From assembly GCF_006345805.1 (NCBI RefSeq), contig NC_043001.1, forward strand, positions 42,594,001 through 42,658,000: a stretch of DNA of 64,000 bases, given 5' to 3'. Shown in pieces: positions 62,293-64,000 of this stretch (position 1 is the first letter of the stretch; each line of letters opens with the position of its first letter). This stretch comes from Octopus sinensis (taxonomy: Eukaryota). Made by a program: the position numbers and the translations under genes. The notes below the pieces were generated by a model, which saw only the letters and a list, made by a program, of their open reading frames with translations, made no database searches and had not been told where the DNA came from.

Positions 62293-63129
62293 AATGAGAA
62301 TGCGGATATATCAGGTGATTTTGATCTCTGAGATATTCCTCTTAGATATCCTCAGTGAGTCTTGCTGCCTGGGGTTAAATTGCTACTCACCCTGTAAAAG
62401 CATGTTAACACTGTTGAGAAGCTAGCACCAAATTCAAACAGTAGTTGTGTATAATTATAAATAATGATGATATTAATATTAATAAATAATAGTAATAATA
62501 ATATAGGTGACTAGTTAGCAAAAAAGAACAAAAGGTAAATATATAAATAAGGGTACTGGATAGCACCAGTTTTGCTAAATATATATGCATATGTGTGTGT
62601 ATCTATCTATCTGTGGAAGCGCAATGGCCCAGTGGTTAAGGCAGCGGACTCGCGGTCGTAGGATCGCGGTTTCGATTCCCAGACTGGGCATTGTGAGTGT
62701 TTATTGAGTAAAAACACCTAAAGCTCCACGAGGCTCCAGCAGGGAGTGGTGGTGAACCCTGCTGTACTCTTTCTCTCACTCTTACTTTCTGTTTCCTTTG
62801 TACCTGTATTTCAAAGGGCCAGCCTTGTCACACTGTGTCACGCTGAATCTCCCAGAGAACTACGTTAATGGTACACGTGTTTCCAGAGTGCTCAACCACT
62901 TGCATGTTAATAAATGAGCTGCGACGTCAGAGGTGCCAAGCTGTATCTGCTGTTGCCTTTCCCTTGGATAACATCTGTGGTGTGGAGAGGGTAGGCTGGT
63001 ATGCATGGGTGACTGCTGGTCTTCCATAAACAACCTTGCCCAGACTTGTGCCTCGGAGGGTAACTTTCTAGGTGCAATCCTATGGTCATTCATGACCGAA
63101 GAGGGGTCATAATCTATCTGTCTGCCTGA

Positions 63130-63172
<43 letters not shown>

Positions 63173-64000
63173 TATATATATATTATATATATATATAATG
63201 AGAATGCGGATATATCAGGTGATTTTGATCTCTGAGATATTCCTCTTAGATATCCTCAGTGAGTCTTGCTGCCTGGGGTTAAATTGCTACTCACCCTGTA
63301 AAAGCATGTTAACACTGTTGAGAAGCTAGCACCAAATTCAAACAGTAGTTGTGTATAATTATAAATAATGATGATATTAATATTAATAAATAATAGTAAT
63401 AATAATATAGGTGACTAGTTAGCAAAAAAGAACAAAAGGTAAATATATAAATAAGGGTACTGGATAGCACCAGTTTTGCTAAATATATATGCATATGTGT
63501 GTGTATCTATCTATCTGTGGAAGCGCAATGGCCCAGTGGTTAAGGCAGCGGACTCGCGGTCGTAGGATCGCGGTTTCGATTCCCAGACTGGGCATTGTGA
63601 GTGTTTATTGAGTAAAAACACCTAAAGCTCCACGAGGCTCCAGCAGGGAGTGGTGGTGAACCCTGCTGTACTCTTTCTCTCACTCTTACTTTCTGTTTCC
63701 TTGTACCTGTATTTCAAAGGGCCAGCCTTGTCACACTGTGTCACGCTGAATCTCCCAGAGAACTACGTTAATGGTACACGTGTTTCCAGAGTGCTCAACC
63801 ACTTGCATGTTAATAAATGAGCTGCGACGTCAGAGGTGCCAAGCTGTATCTGCTGTTGCCTTTCCCTTGGATAACATCTGTGGTGTGGAGAGGGTAGGCT
63901 GGTATGCATGGGTGACTGCTGGTCTTCCATAAACAACCTTGCCCAGACTTGTGCCTCGGAGGGTAACTTTCTAGGTGCAATCCTATGGTCATTCATGACC
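62293..64000 (+). repeat. ~904-bp tandem duplication (unit 1 62293-63196, unit 2 63197 to window end)
   Basis: Near-identical units; offset 904 then 903 after a 1-bp indel. Confidence 0.95.
62613..63108 (+). mobile_element. Third tRNA-derived SINE family (~500 bp); second copy 63517-64000
   Basis: A box tggcccagtggttaagg, B box ggtttcgattccc, unique body, tail ggtgcaatcctatggtcattcatgaccgaag. Confidence 0.8.

Noticed and set aside
62613-62690. tRNA gene
   Set aside because: Has A and B boxes but no acceptor stem, and continues into a SINE body; the same applies to all other SINE heads.

Overview
AT-rich, repeat-saturated eukaryotic DNA. The SINE families and (TA)n/(CATA)n/(GATA)n microsatellites look like an Octopus (coleoid cephalopod) genome; this is inferred from recognition, not a search. 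No host protein-coding gene can be supported, apart from a possible CpG-rich gene 5' end at the left edge. The window is a nest of mostly dead mobile elements: Tc1/mariner transposons with four catalytic spacings (DD34D mariner, DD37D maT, DD41D rosa-type, DD36E), MITEs, Helitron-like non-autonomous elements, LINEs (RTE, Tx1-like, CR1/L2-group including one young near-intact ORF2, R4/Dong-like, HERO-like), three or four tRNA-derived SINE families, and many Penelope-like element (PLE) fragments. The most notable signal is a recurring set of type I hammerhead ribozyme (HHR) motifs in PLE pseudo-LTR-like sequence, repeatedly placed in divergent inverted repeats or foldbacks. These include a young, ORF-less 945-bp palindrome (60341-61285) with an intact HHR core in each arm, an older inverted pair (5154-6254), and an HHR at the tip of a ~320-nt foldback (23642-23958). 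One PLE family also appears to carry a long Asn/Ser/Thr-rich insert inside its GIY-YIG motif. All calls are by eye; no alignments or folding were run, and boundaries of degenerate elements are approximate.
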